Positions 1-7,296 of a stretch of 10,706 bases of DNA are shown here, one piece after another. The position numbers were made by a program, and so were the translations under genes. How positions within the stretch are numbered: the stretch's first letter is position 1; each line of letters begins with the position of its first letter. The notes under the pieces were generated by a model, which was not told the origin of the DNA, searched no databases, and saw only the letters and a program-made list of their open reading frames with translations. Source of the DNA: a bacterium (GTDB lineage Bacteria > Hinthialibacterota > Hinthialibacteria > Hinthialibacterales > Hinthialibacteraceae). The stretch is from positions 1-10,706 of the forward strand of contig JBHGBC010000187.1 in assembly GCA_041946805.1 (NCBI GenBank), given 5' to 3'.

Positions 1-5
1 CGATT

Positions 6-38
6 CCCTCTCCCTCTGGGAGAGGGTTAGGGTGAGGG
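6..38 (+). repeat. BoxC-like purine/pyrimidine palindromic element, copy 1
   Basis: CCCTCTCCC-TCT-GGGAGAGGG hairpin followed by TTAGGGTGAGGG; 30/33 identical to 8596-8628. Confidence 0.9.
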
Positions 39-107
39 AAGCCCGGAAAGGGCGGAATTCATCCTTTCTCTGCAATACGGTAAACAGTTTCGGGGAAACG
101 AATCTCT

Positions 108-128
108 CCCTTTCCCTGAGGGAGAGGG
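108..128. repeat. BoxC-like element, partial copy (hairpin only)
   Basis: CCCTTTCCC-TGA-GGGAGAGGG, lacking the GGGTGAGGG tail. Confidence 0.65.
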
Positions 129-182
129 GAGGACTGGCCTCAGGCCGGCTTGAAGCCAAGGCTGGGGAGAAAGGAGAGGGCG

Positions 183-1784
183 ATGCAGGAATTCATTCAG
201 CAACTGCGCGACCAGATGAACCGCATCTGGGAAAACCTCTCCCTGCAACAAAAAGTCATCTTGGTCTCCGCGCCGGTGGTGCTGATCCTCTTCATGGTGG
301 CGGCGGTCTACTGGGCCAGCCGTCCACAAATGGTAACCCTGGTTTCCATGGACGACCGGGCGCAGCTGGCGGACATCGCGGATTATCTCTCCCAACAGGG
401 CATCCCCTACGAAACCCCCAATGAGCGGACCATCCAGGTGGATAAAAGCCGGCGGGCCGCGGTGCTCATGCAACTGGCCCGGGAAGACTTGATCTCCGGG
501 CGCGCGGGTCCGGGATGGGAAATCTTCGACCAGACCAACTTGGGCATGACCGACCGGATGTTCGACGCTCAATACCAGCGGGCGTTGGAGAACGAACTGG
601 GATCCACCATCGTCCAGGGTTCGAACAACATCGTCAGCGCCGATGTCCATCTCAATATTCCCAAGGACCGCCTGTTCCGGGAAGACTCCAGCCCCCCGAC
701 CGCTTCGGTCAAGGTGGTCACCCGGGGGACTTTGAGCAAGGAGCAGGTGCAGGGCATCCAAAACCTGGTGGCCATGGCGGTCGATAAACTGGAACCCAAG
801 CGGGTCGCCGTCCTGGACAGTAAAAACCAACTGCTCAGCGAAGACACTGACATCGAACCGGGAGTGACCCTCAAGACCAAGCAGTTGGAAATTCAGCTCT
901 TCATCGAAAACACGCTGCGCACCAAGGTGGAAAACGCCCTGGAACGCCTGGTCGGCCGGGACAATTTCCTGGTGGAAGTCAACGTCAAGCCGGATTGGAC
1001 CGAAAAATCCACTAAGCAAATCCACATCGATGCCACCAACGCGGCGGTGATCAGTGAAAAGACCTATACGGAAGAAAACACGACGCCCTCCACCTCCGGC
1101 CCCCCGGGCGTGGAAGCCAACGTCCCCGACACCGGCGGGGCCGGGGCGGGCGGCGGCGCCACGGGCTCCAATATCGACGAAACGATCACCAACTACCAGT
1201 ACCCATGGTTCGAAACCCTGGTCAAGGATCCGATCGGAGAGGTGAAGGAGATCTCGATCGCCATCGCCCTCAATTTCGTGGAGGACGAACAGAATCAAAA
1301 AGTGCCCCGCACCCCCGAGCAGATCGACAAACTCACCCGGCTGCTGCGCACCATGGTCAGCCTGCCCGAGGTCCAAGGCCCCGGCGACGTGCACAAGTTC
1401 ACGTTGATCGAGTATCCCTTCGACGACAAGGAAGCCCGGATGATAGCCCGGGCGGAATTGTGGCAAAACGTCTCGTCCATCACCCAGACGGTTCTGCCGG
1501 TCCTTTTTTTCGTGGTGCTCGCGTATCTGGCCTACTATTTCTTCCAGCGGGCCTTCGCGCCCGTGGAACGCGAGGAGGGCGTGGTGGAGGAGGTGCCCAT
1601 CGAGCCGGTCAGCGAGGCCAAGGAACTGTCGTTGTCCCAACTGGGATTGTCGGAGTTCGGAGACATCGCCAGCCTGCCGGCCGAGGAACAGCGCCGGTTG
1701 AAGATGCAGGAGCACGTCATCCACTACGCGGCCGAAAAGCCGGACGAAGTGGCCGCCATCATCAAGGCCTGGCTGAGCGCGTGA
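183..1784 (+). CDS. fliF: Flagellar M-ring (MS-ring) protein FliF, 533 aa
   Basis: ATG at 183 with AAGGAGAGGG just upstream (preferred over the TTG at 150). N-terminal TM segment, YscJ/FliF motifs (GWEIFDQTNLGMTD, YQRALENEL, ADVHLNIPKDRLF, PTASV, GPPGVEANVP), second TM near the C-terminus, and the typical tail KPDEVAAIIKAWL. fliH and fliI lie downstream. Confidence 0.95.
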   Translation: MQEFIQQLRDQMNRIWENLSLQQKVILVSAPVVLILFMVAAVYWASRPQMVTLVSMDDRAQLADIADYLSQQGIPYETPNERTIQVDKSRRAAVLMQLAREDLISGRAGPGWEIFDQTNLGMTDRMFDAQYQRALENELGSTIVQGSNNIVSADVHLNIPKDRLFREDSSPPTASVKVVTRGTLSKEQVQGIQNLVAMAVDKLEPKRVAVLDSKNQLLSEDTDIEPGVTLKTKQLEIQLFIENTLRTKVENALERLVGRDNFLVEVNVKPDWTEKSTKQIHIDATNAAVISEKTYTEENTTPSTSGPPGVEANVPDTGGAGAGGGATGSNIDETITNYQYPWFETLVKDPIGEVKEISIAIALNFVEDEQNQKVPRTPEQIDKLTRLLRTMVSLPEVQGPGDVHKFTLIEYPFDDKEARMIARAELWQNVSSITQTVLPVLFFVVLAYLAYYFFQRAFAPVEREEGVVEEVPIEPVSEAKELSLSQLGLSEFGDIASLPAEEQRRLKMQEHVIHYAAEKPDEVAAIIKAWLSA

Positions 1785-1832
1785 ATGAGTGAGGAAAAAT
1801 CATAGGGTTGAAATTCTGTGTAAATGGGTTTT

Positions 1833-1866
1833 GATGGGTTACGCGCTACGCGCTAACCCATCCTGC
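1833..1866 (-). repeat. REP-like palindrome (GTAG-type, GCAG variant)
   Basis: Minus strand reads GCAG-GATGGGTTAGCGCGTAGCGCGTAACCCATC: tetranucleotide foot plus hairpin with perfect 9-bp arms GATGGGTTA/TAACCCATC. Confidence 0.75.
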
Positions 1867-1894
1867 GATCCTAAAACGCGGTAAGGTTCTTCCA

Positions 1895-1940
1895 GCGCCA
1901 ACGGCGCGGCATGAGCATAGCCCAGGGCGTAAGCCCTGGG
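1895..1940 (+). repeat. Double-hairpin REP-like element
   Basis: GCGCC-AAC-GGCGC (1895-1907), spacer ending ATAG, then perfect CCCAGGGC-GTAA-GCCCTGGG (1921-1940). Confidence 0.7.
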
Positions 1941-1962
1941 AAAATAGCGAAACGCGATCCCT

Positions 1963-2000
1963 CCCCTCTCCTTTTATGGGAGAGGTGCCGGGGGTGAGGG
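1963..2000 (+). repeat. BoxC-like element, degenerate copy
   Basis: CCCCTCTCC-TTTTAT-GGGAGAGGTGCCGGGGGTGAGGG; same layout as 6-38. Confidence 0.8.
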
Positions 2001-2006
2001 AATGAT

Positions 2007-2033
2007 GTAGGAGCGGTCCTTCATGTCCGTCCC
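2007..2033 (+). repeat. Degenerate GTAG-type REP-like element
   Basis: GTAG foot followed by the imperfect hairpin GAGCGGTCCTTCATGTCCGTCCC. Confidence 0.4.
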
Positions 2034-2076
2034 GGTCGAATGTTCCCCCCCGTGATCGAGGAAGGGCTTATAAAAA

Positions 2077-2104
2077 GTAGGGGCACGTTGCAACGTGCCC
2101 CTGC
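2077..2104. repeat. GTAG-type REP-like perfect palindrome
   Basis: GTAGGGGCACGTTGCAACGTGCCCCTGC; 2079-2102 is a perfect 24-bp palindrome. Confidence 0.85.
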
Positions 2105-2240
2105 GCAGAACGGCCATGGAGCCAAATGGAATCCTTGTTTTCACGGACATGACTTCCATCAATGACTTCTGAATAAAGAGTAGGGTGAGTTGAATCTGCG
2201 AAACCCACCACAATACTGAAGGTTTTGTGTATTGAATGTC

Positions 2241-2726
2241 ATGAAACTTTTCATCGCCTCCCCGTTGGGATTTGCCGAGAGCACGCGGCTGTTTCTTCCC
2301 CGGGTCCGGGACCAACTGCTGGAGCTCGGCTGCGAGCCGGTGGACCCCTGGGCTTCCTCGCCGGACCTGGAGGAGGAATTGCGGAAAGCCGGCGCTCTGG
2401 CCGATCCGCCAGCCCGCCGGCGGGAACTGCATCGCCTTTCGATGCGCATCGCGGAACGCAATGCCTCGCTCCTGCGCTCGTGCGGCCGGGTGCTGGCGGT
2501 GCTGGACGGACCGGACGTGGATTCCGGCACGGCCTCGGAAATCGGGTACGCCTTCGGCCTCGGCAAGAGGATCGACGGCTACCGGGGCGACTTCCGGCGC
2601 GGGGGCGAAAACGATGGCGTGGTGGTCAACCTCCAGGTACAATATTGGATCGAACAGAGCGGCGGAAAAATCATTCGCTCGCTTGACGAAATGGATGCTC
2701 TTTTTCAATCCAGGGAACGGGACTAA
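2241..2726 (+). CDS. Nucleoside 2-deoxyribosyltransferase / NMP N-glycosidase family protein, 161 aa
   Basis: N-terminal strand KLFIASPLGF, motif VLAVLDGPDVDSGTASEIGYAFGLGK with putative catalytic Glu100, and C-terminal VNLQV. Start is ATG 2241 or TTG 2232; no strong SD seen. Confidence 0.85.
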   Translation: MKLFIASPLGFAESTRLFLPRVRDQLLELGCEPVDPWASSPDLEEELRKAGALADPPARRRELHRLSMRIAERNASLLRSCGRVLAVLDGPDVDSGTASEIGYAFGLGKRIDGYRGDFRRGGENDGVVVNLQVQYWIEQSGGKIIRSLDEMDALFQSRERD

Positions 2727-2729
2727 GCC

Positions 2730-3455
2730 GTGGCTCGGATCATCAAAGCGCCCCAAGTAAATCCCGAACGGCCCTATCGGGTGGTGGAGCCGGAGAAAGT
2801 AATGCGTCACGCCGATGACGAGGCGGCGGAAATTTTGCAAGCCGCGCGGGACCAGGAAGCGCAAATCCTGGAAGAGGCCGAGCGGCAGGCGGAGGGAATC
2901 ATCGCCGAGGCCCTGCAACAGGCCGAGGATCTGTTGGCCCAGGCCCGCCGCGAGACCGAGACGCTGAAGGACCAAGCCCGTAAACAAGGTTATCAGGAAG
3001 GGCAGAACCAGGCCCAGACGGAAGGCCGCAATCAAATTTCCGGCCTGGTGCGGGATTTCCGTCAAATGATGGAAGAAGGCCAGCGGATTTTGGAAAGCCT
3101 TTTCCGGGACCAGGAGCCGGAAATCCGGGAACTGGTCAGCGAAATCGCCGGGCGGGTGGTCCAACGGATCATCGCGGCCGACGACGAGGTCGTGGTGCGC
3201 GTGGCCCGCGAGTGCATCCACAAGGCGGCCGGGCGGAAGACGATCCGCGTGCTGGTCCACCCCGACGATCAAAAGAAGGTGGAGGAATGGGCGCCCGAAT
3301 TTCTGCGCGTCTTCGATGACATCGAGAAAATCAGCATCGACACCGATCCGCGCGTGCGGAAGGGCGGAGTGATCATCGAATCCGGAACCGGCGGCGTGGA
3401 TGGACGCATCGACAAGCAGATGGAAATCCTCGATGACGCCTTGTTGAATTCGTGA
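2730..3455 (+). CDS. fliH: Flagellar assembly protein FliH (SctL family), 241 aa
   Basis: MARIIK start, Ala/Glu-rich coiled coil, AxxxGxxxG (ARKQGYQEG), C-terminal IRVLVHPDD...DPRVRKGGVIIESGTGGVDGRI. Ends 4 bp before fliI. Confidence 0.92.
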   Translation: MARIIKAPQVNPERPYRVVEPEKVMRHADDEAAEILQAARDQEAQILEEAERQAEGIIAEALQQAEDLLAQARRETETLKDQARKQGYQEGQNQAQTEGRNQISGLVRDFRQMMEEGQRILESLFRDQEPEIRELVSEIAGRVVQRIIAADDEVVVRVARECIHKAAGRKTIRVLVHPDDQKKVEEWAPEFLRVFDDIEKISIDTDPRVRKGGVIIESGTGGVDGRIDKQMEILDDALLNS

Positions 3456-3459
3456 AACC

Positions 3460-4842
3460 ATGAACTTTTCCGTGCCTCGCGTGGATTGGGAATCCCTGCG
3501 CTGGTCCATCCAAAACGCCCAGCCCATCCGGCAGCGGGGCTACGTGGATGAACTGGTCGGCGTGGTCATCCTGTCCAACGGGCCGGGGGGAGCCGTCGGC
3601 GACCTGGTGCTCATCCTCCCCGCGGACGGCCGGCCGCCCATCCCCGCCGAGATCGTGGGCTTCCGGGCCGGCCGCGTCACATTGATGGCCTTCGGGGAAA
3701 TGACCGGCATCCGGCCGGGGTGTGAGGTGATTTCGTCCGGTGGCCCGCTTTACATTAAATGCGGCGAGGATCTGCTCGGCCGCATCCTGGACGGGCTGGG
3801 GAATCCCAGCGACGCGAAAAATCCTCCCAAGACCAACACCCTGCGGCCGATCTACAACCGCCCGCCGGACGCCATCACCCGCCGGCGGATCACGGAACCC
3901 CTCACCACCGGGGTCAAGGTGATCGATTCGATTCTCACCTGGGGCAAGGGCCAGCGCATCGGCGTGTTTTCAGGGAGCGGCGTCGGGAAAAGCACTCTGA
4001 TGGGCATGATCGCCCGTTCGTCGGGCGCCGAGGTGAACGTAATCGCCCTGATCGGCGAGCGGGGCCGCGAAGTGCGCGAGTTCATCGAAAAAGACCTCGG
4101 CGAGGACGGCCTGGCCCGCAGCGTGCTCGTGGTGGCCACCAGCGACAATCCCCCCCTCCTGCGGGTGAAGGGCGCGCTGGCCGCCATGACCATCGCCGAA
4201 TACTACCGCGACCTGGGCAAGGACGTCCTCTTCATGATGGATTCGGTCACCCGCATGGCGCTGGCGCAGCGGGAGGTGGGCCTGGCGGCGGGCGAACCGC
4301 CCACCACGCGGGGCTATACGCCCTCGGTCTTCTCCCTGCTTCCCGCGTTTTTGGAACGGGCGGGAACCACCCCCGGCCGGGGAACCATCACCGCCCTGTT
4401 CACCGTGCTGGTGGAGGGGGACGACATGAACGAGCCGATCGCCGACGCCGTGCGCGGCATCCTCGACGGGCATATCGTCCTCACCCGGCAACTCGCCCAC
4501 CGCAACCATTACCCGTCCGTGGACATCCTGCAAAGCATCAGCCGCGTGATGGTGGACATCGTGCCCGAGGAGCAGGTCCTGGCCGCCCGCCGCCTGTGCG
4601 AGGTCACCTCCGTCCACCGCAACGCCGAGGACCTGATCAACATCGGCGCATATCAGCGGGGCAGCAATCCCGAGATCGATCTGGCGATCGAGATGATCCC
4701 CACCATCAACGCCTTTTTGAAACAGGGCATCCGCGAGGCGGTCCCGTATGAGAATTCGATCCAACAGATGACCGCCATCGCCCGGCAGGCCGCTCCCCGC
4801 AAGGCCGCCGGCGGCGCCGGGGCGGGTGGAGGGAGCCGATGA
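3460..4842 (+). CDS. fliI: Flagellum-specific export ATPase FliI, 460 aa
   Basis: GKGQRIGVFSGSGVGKS (Walker A), LIGERGREV, VLFMMDSVTR (Walker B), GEPPTTRGYTPS, DDMNEPIADAVRGILDGHIVL, DLINIGAYQRGSN. Confidence 0.97.
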   Translation: MNFSVPRVDWESLRWSIQNAQPIRQRGYVDELVGVVILSNGPGGAVGDLVLILPADGRPPIPAEIVGFRAGRVTLMAFGEMTGIRPGCEVISSGGPLYIKCGEDLLGRILDGLGNPSDAKNPPKTNTLRPIYNRPPDAITRRRITEPLTTGVKVIDSILTWGKGQRIGVFSGSGVGKSTLMGMIARSSGAEVNVIALIGERGREVREFIEKDLGEDGLARSVLVVATSDNPPLLRVKGALAAMTIAEYYRDLGKDVLFMMDSVTRMALAQREVGLAAGEPPTTRGYTPSVFSLLPAFLERAGTTPGRGTITALFTVLVEGDDMNEPIADAVRGILDGHIVLTRQLAHRNHYPSVDILQSISRVMVDIVPEEQVLAARRLCEVTSVHRNAEDLINIGAYQRGSNPEIDLAIEMIPTINAFLKQGIREAVPYENSIQQMTAIARQAAPRKAAGGAGAGGGSR

Positions 4843-6101
4843 GAGTCTTCCGCTTCCGCCTGGATCCGCTGCTGCGCATCAAGGCCTATCAGATCGAGCG
4901 CCTGGAAGATGAACTCGCGCGGCTGGAGCGGCAGATCCAGGACCTCTTGCGCGAAATCGAGGAAGGCCGCCGGGCGGTCCAGGATCTCCGCCGCCGGTTG
5001 CTGGACCGGGTGGATGACGCATCGCTGGTTGACGCCCACCGGTCGCTGGACCTGTTCCGGACGTACACCAGCCGGATCGAACGTCAAAAGCGGGAGCAGA
5101 TCGCGCGCCTGCGCCAGGAGCAGGACAAAAAGCGGCGGGTGTTGATCGAGCTGTACCGGGAAGAAAAAGTCCTGGAAAAATTGAAGGAACACCGCCAGGC
5201 GGAATGGGCCGCCGGGGAACGCCGGGAGGAGGCCGCCATCATGGATGAAATCGGCACGCAAAAGTTCATCCGCCATCACCGGGAAGAACGCGGCGGGGTG
5301 CTGCTGTATCTGATCGTGCCCCTCGCCCTGGCCGTCACGGTCGTTGGCATCGGTCTGCTGACCGGCGTCGTGGACCAGAACGTGCTGAAGCAGATCCCCT
5401 TTTTTAAAGCCGCGCCGCAAAGCGCCACCGCCGCCGTGGAAACCATCGCCTCCCCCACGCCCGCGGAAGAAACCCTGACCGTGGAACAGATGATCGGCGG
5501 CCTGGACACCCCCATGCCCGAATTACTCAAAAACATCTCGGACGTCCGCGAAAAACTGCGCCTGTGGGAGCAGCAACTGACCGAACGCGAACGGGATCTG
5601 GCCCGCCGCGAAGCCCTGCTCGATCAGAAGGAAACCGCCCTCGCCGGCCTGACGAAGGAAGCCTCGGAGTACCTGACCTCGATCCGGGAGATGAAACGCG
5701 ACCGGGAAGAGCGGGAGAAAAGCGAATTGACCAAGCGGGAGGAAGATCTCGCCAAAGCCCTGTCCGGCGCCAAGGCCAAGGAGATCGCGCCGGTCCTGTC
5801 CAACCTGTACCAGGCCGCCGGGGAAACCGATCCGGCGAAAATCCGGCAAAACCAGTTACTGGTCCTGCGCATCCTGCACCGCTACACCGGGCGCGCGCTG
5901 CAGGACATGTTCACCGCCATCGGGAAGACCGACAAGAACACCGCCTCCAAGATCATCGCCGATTACGCCAACGTGACCACCAGCGAACTCTACGGCCTCG
6001 AACCTACTCCCACGCCGGGCGGGACGCCTCTGCCCCCGCCGGCCGAAGTGATAGAAGCGACTTCCGCAGTGTCCGGTACAACTCCACCTGTTGGGGGATG
6101 A
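4839..6101 (+). CDS. fliJ: FliJ domain fused to a TM segment, coiled coil and YlxF/MotE/FlbB-like domain, 420 aa
   Basis: ATGA overlap with the fliI stop. Residues 1-~145 have FliJ hallmarks (FRFRLDPLLRIK; EKVLEKLKEHRQAEW...EEAAIMDE). Hydrophobic segment at residues 154-178, a long coiled coil, LAKALSGAKAKEIAPVL and KNTASKII helices resembling MotE/MgtE_N-like repeats, and a Pro/Thr-rich tail. The symbol applies only to the N-terminal domain. Confidence 0.8.
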   Translation: MRVFRFRLDPLLRIKAYQIERLEDELARLERQIQDLLREIEEGRRAVQDLRRRLLDRVDDASLVDAHRSLDLFRTYTSRIERQKREQIARLRQEQDKKRRVLIELYREEKVLEKLKEHRQAEWAAGERREEAAIMDEIGTQKFIRHHREERGGVLLYLIVPLALAVTVVGIGLLTGVVDQNVLKQIPFFKAAPQSATAAVETIASPTPAEETLTVEQMIGGLDTPMPELLKNISDVREKLRLWEQQLTERERDLARREALLDQKETALAGLTKEASEYLTSIREMKRDREEREKSELTKREEDLAKALSGAKAKEIAPVLSNLYQAAGETDPAKIRQNQLLVLRILHRYTGRALQDMFTAIGKTDKNTASKIIADYANVTTSELYGLEPTPTPGGTPLPPPAEVIEATSAVSGTTPPVGG

Positions 6102-7242
6102 TCCGGTCCCAATCGTACACGGCTTCCACCAGCCGCCGGGCGTTGATCCGCAGCCGTTCCGCTTTCCAGGGATTCTGGATCAAATCCACGATGGAATGGG
6201 CGAATCCTTCCGGTTCGTCTTCGAGCCGCCAGTGCTCGTCATGCCGCCCGTCCAGGCCTTCGCACCCGATGGAGGTGCTGACGATCGGACGTCCGGACGC
6301 CATGGCCTCGAGGATTTTCAGCCGGACGCCGCCGCCGATCGTCAACGGCGCGATGTAGATCCACGCCCGCCACAGGTATTCCGCGACGCTGTCCACCCGC
6401 CCCGTGACCCGCACGCCGTCCCGCCCGTCCCAGACGCGGAGCGCCGGCGGGGGATCCGCGCCCACGATCCAGCATTCCGCGTTTTCGATGGATTGCCGCA
6501 CCCGGGGCCAGACGGTTTCGAAAAACCACCGGATGCCGATTTCATTGGGGTAATAGGACATCGTGCCGGTGAACAAGACCGCCGGGGGTTCCGGGGGCAG
6601 GTCGAGAAAGGGATAGAATTCGAGGTCCACGCCGGGCCGCTGGCGCCGCACCGGCAGGCCGGGATCCAGCGCGAGCAGGCGGTCGCGGTCGGCCGGCGAG
6701 ATAGTCAACACCTGGTCGAACTTGCGGCAGGCGTTCAGCTCGAAGCGCCGGGTGCGCCGCCCCTCCAGCTGGGCCGCCAGGCGCGTCAAGCGGTTCTCCG
6801 CGCGCTGCCCATAGCGGAGCAGGAGGTGGCCTTCCACGTTTTCCTTGTAATGGATCTTGAGGCAGGCCTCGCGGCCGGTGACATAGGATGTGGTATAGAA
6901 ATTCTGGGCGTGGATGACGTCCACGGGATCGCGCGCCTGCAGCCGCTGAATGTATTCGGCCATGTCCGGATTCCAAAAGCGGTGCGCCTTGTAGGGCCAG
7001 GCCGAAACCAGGGAACGCAGCAGCGGAAGCTTGTCCCATTTGCCATGGGCGGGGAAGGCAGCCACCTCTTCGGCGATTTTCTTGACCTCGTCCAGCGCCC
7101 CCAACTCGGCGGGATGGTGGTAAAGACACGCCACGCGGACGGAGCATTCGGATGCGAACCGTTTGAGCGTGTTCCAAGTGACGATCCGGCCGCCGCTGTG
7201 CGGGGGATAGGGGATCTGGGGAAACAGGAACAGAACCTTCAT
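6004..7242 (-). CDS. GT4-family (GT-B fold) glycosyltransferase, 412 aa
   Basis: MKVLFL...PYPPHSGGRI N-terminus, VLFTGTMSYYPN, VTGRV, APLTIGGGVRLKILEAMASGRPIVSTSIGCEGL, and YDW near the C-terminus. GGAGG SD at 7250-7254, 7 nt before the ATG. Confidence 0.93.
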   Translation of the reverse strand: MKVLFLFPQIPYPPHSGGRIVTWNTLKRFASECSVRVACLYHHPAELGALDEVKKIAEEVAAFPAHGKWDKLPLLRSLVSAWPYKAHRFWNPDMAEYIQRLQARDPVDVIHAQNFYTTSYVTGREACLKIHYKENVEGHLLLRYGQRAENRLTRLAAQLEGRRTRRFELNACRKFDQVLTISPADRDRLLALDPGLPVRRQRPGVDLEFYPFLDLPPEPPAVLFTGTMSYYPNEIGIRWFFETVWPRVRQSIENAECWIVGADPPPALRVWDGRDGVRVTGRVDSVAEYLWRAWIYIAPLTIGGGVRLKILEAMASGRPIVSTSIGCEGLDGRHDEHWRLEDEPEGFAHSIVDLIQNPWKAERLRINARRLVEAVYDWDRIIPQQVELYRTLRKSLLSLRPAGAEASRPAWE

Positions 7243-7296
7243 GCCCGCGCCTCCCCGGGAACCGCCGGCGTTCCGGAATGGGAGCCCGGCATGCGG

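Noticed and set aside
24..38. Telomere-like TTAGGG
   Set aside because: A single occurrence within the variable loop of the BoxC-like element; other copies have CCGGGG.
150..182. TTG start extending FliF to 544 aa
   Set aside because: ATG 183 has a good SD and gives a typical FliF N-terminus.
27..1724. 565-aa minus-strand ORF
   Set aside because: Antisense shadow of fliF caused by GC-rich codon bias; no recognisable motifs, and it ends inside a repeat.
1921..1944. Rho-independent terminator after fliF
   Set aside because: The strong hairpin is followed by AAAA rather than a U-tract on the + strand and has no downstream U-tract on the - strand; better explained as part of a REP-like element.
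1833..2104. CRISPR array or tRNA in the fliF-NDT spacer
   Set aside because: The palindromes differ from each other, spacing is irregular, no cas genes are present, and no cloverleaf or T-loop consensus is visible.
2190..2217. Sigma70-like promoter TTGAAT-N16-AATACT before the NDT gene; sigma28/sigma54 sites also sought
   Set aside because: The -10 lacks its first T and the region is AT-rich, so a chance match is likely. No convincing sigma28 or sigma54 consensus was found.
1974..3527. 517-aa minus-strand ORF, considered as a hidden fliG or transposase
   Set aside because: Antisense to the NDT gene and fliH; no FliG, DDE or HUH motifs.
1132..4825. Shared GGAGAGGG peptide and similar DNA in FliF (~1132-1157) and the FliI tail (~4808-4833)
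   Set aside because: Low-complexity Gly/Ala linkers in a GC-rich genome; no evidence of a real duplication.
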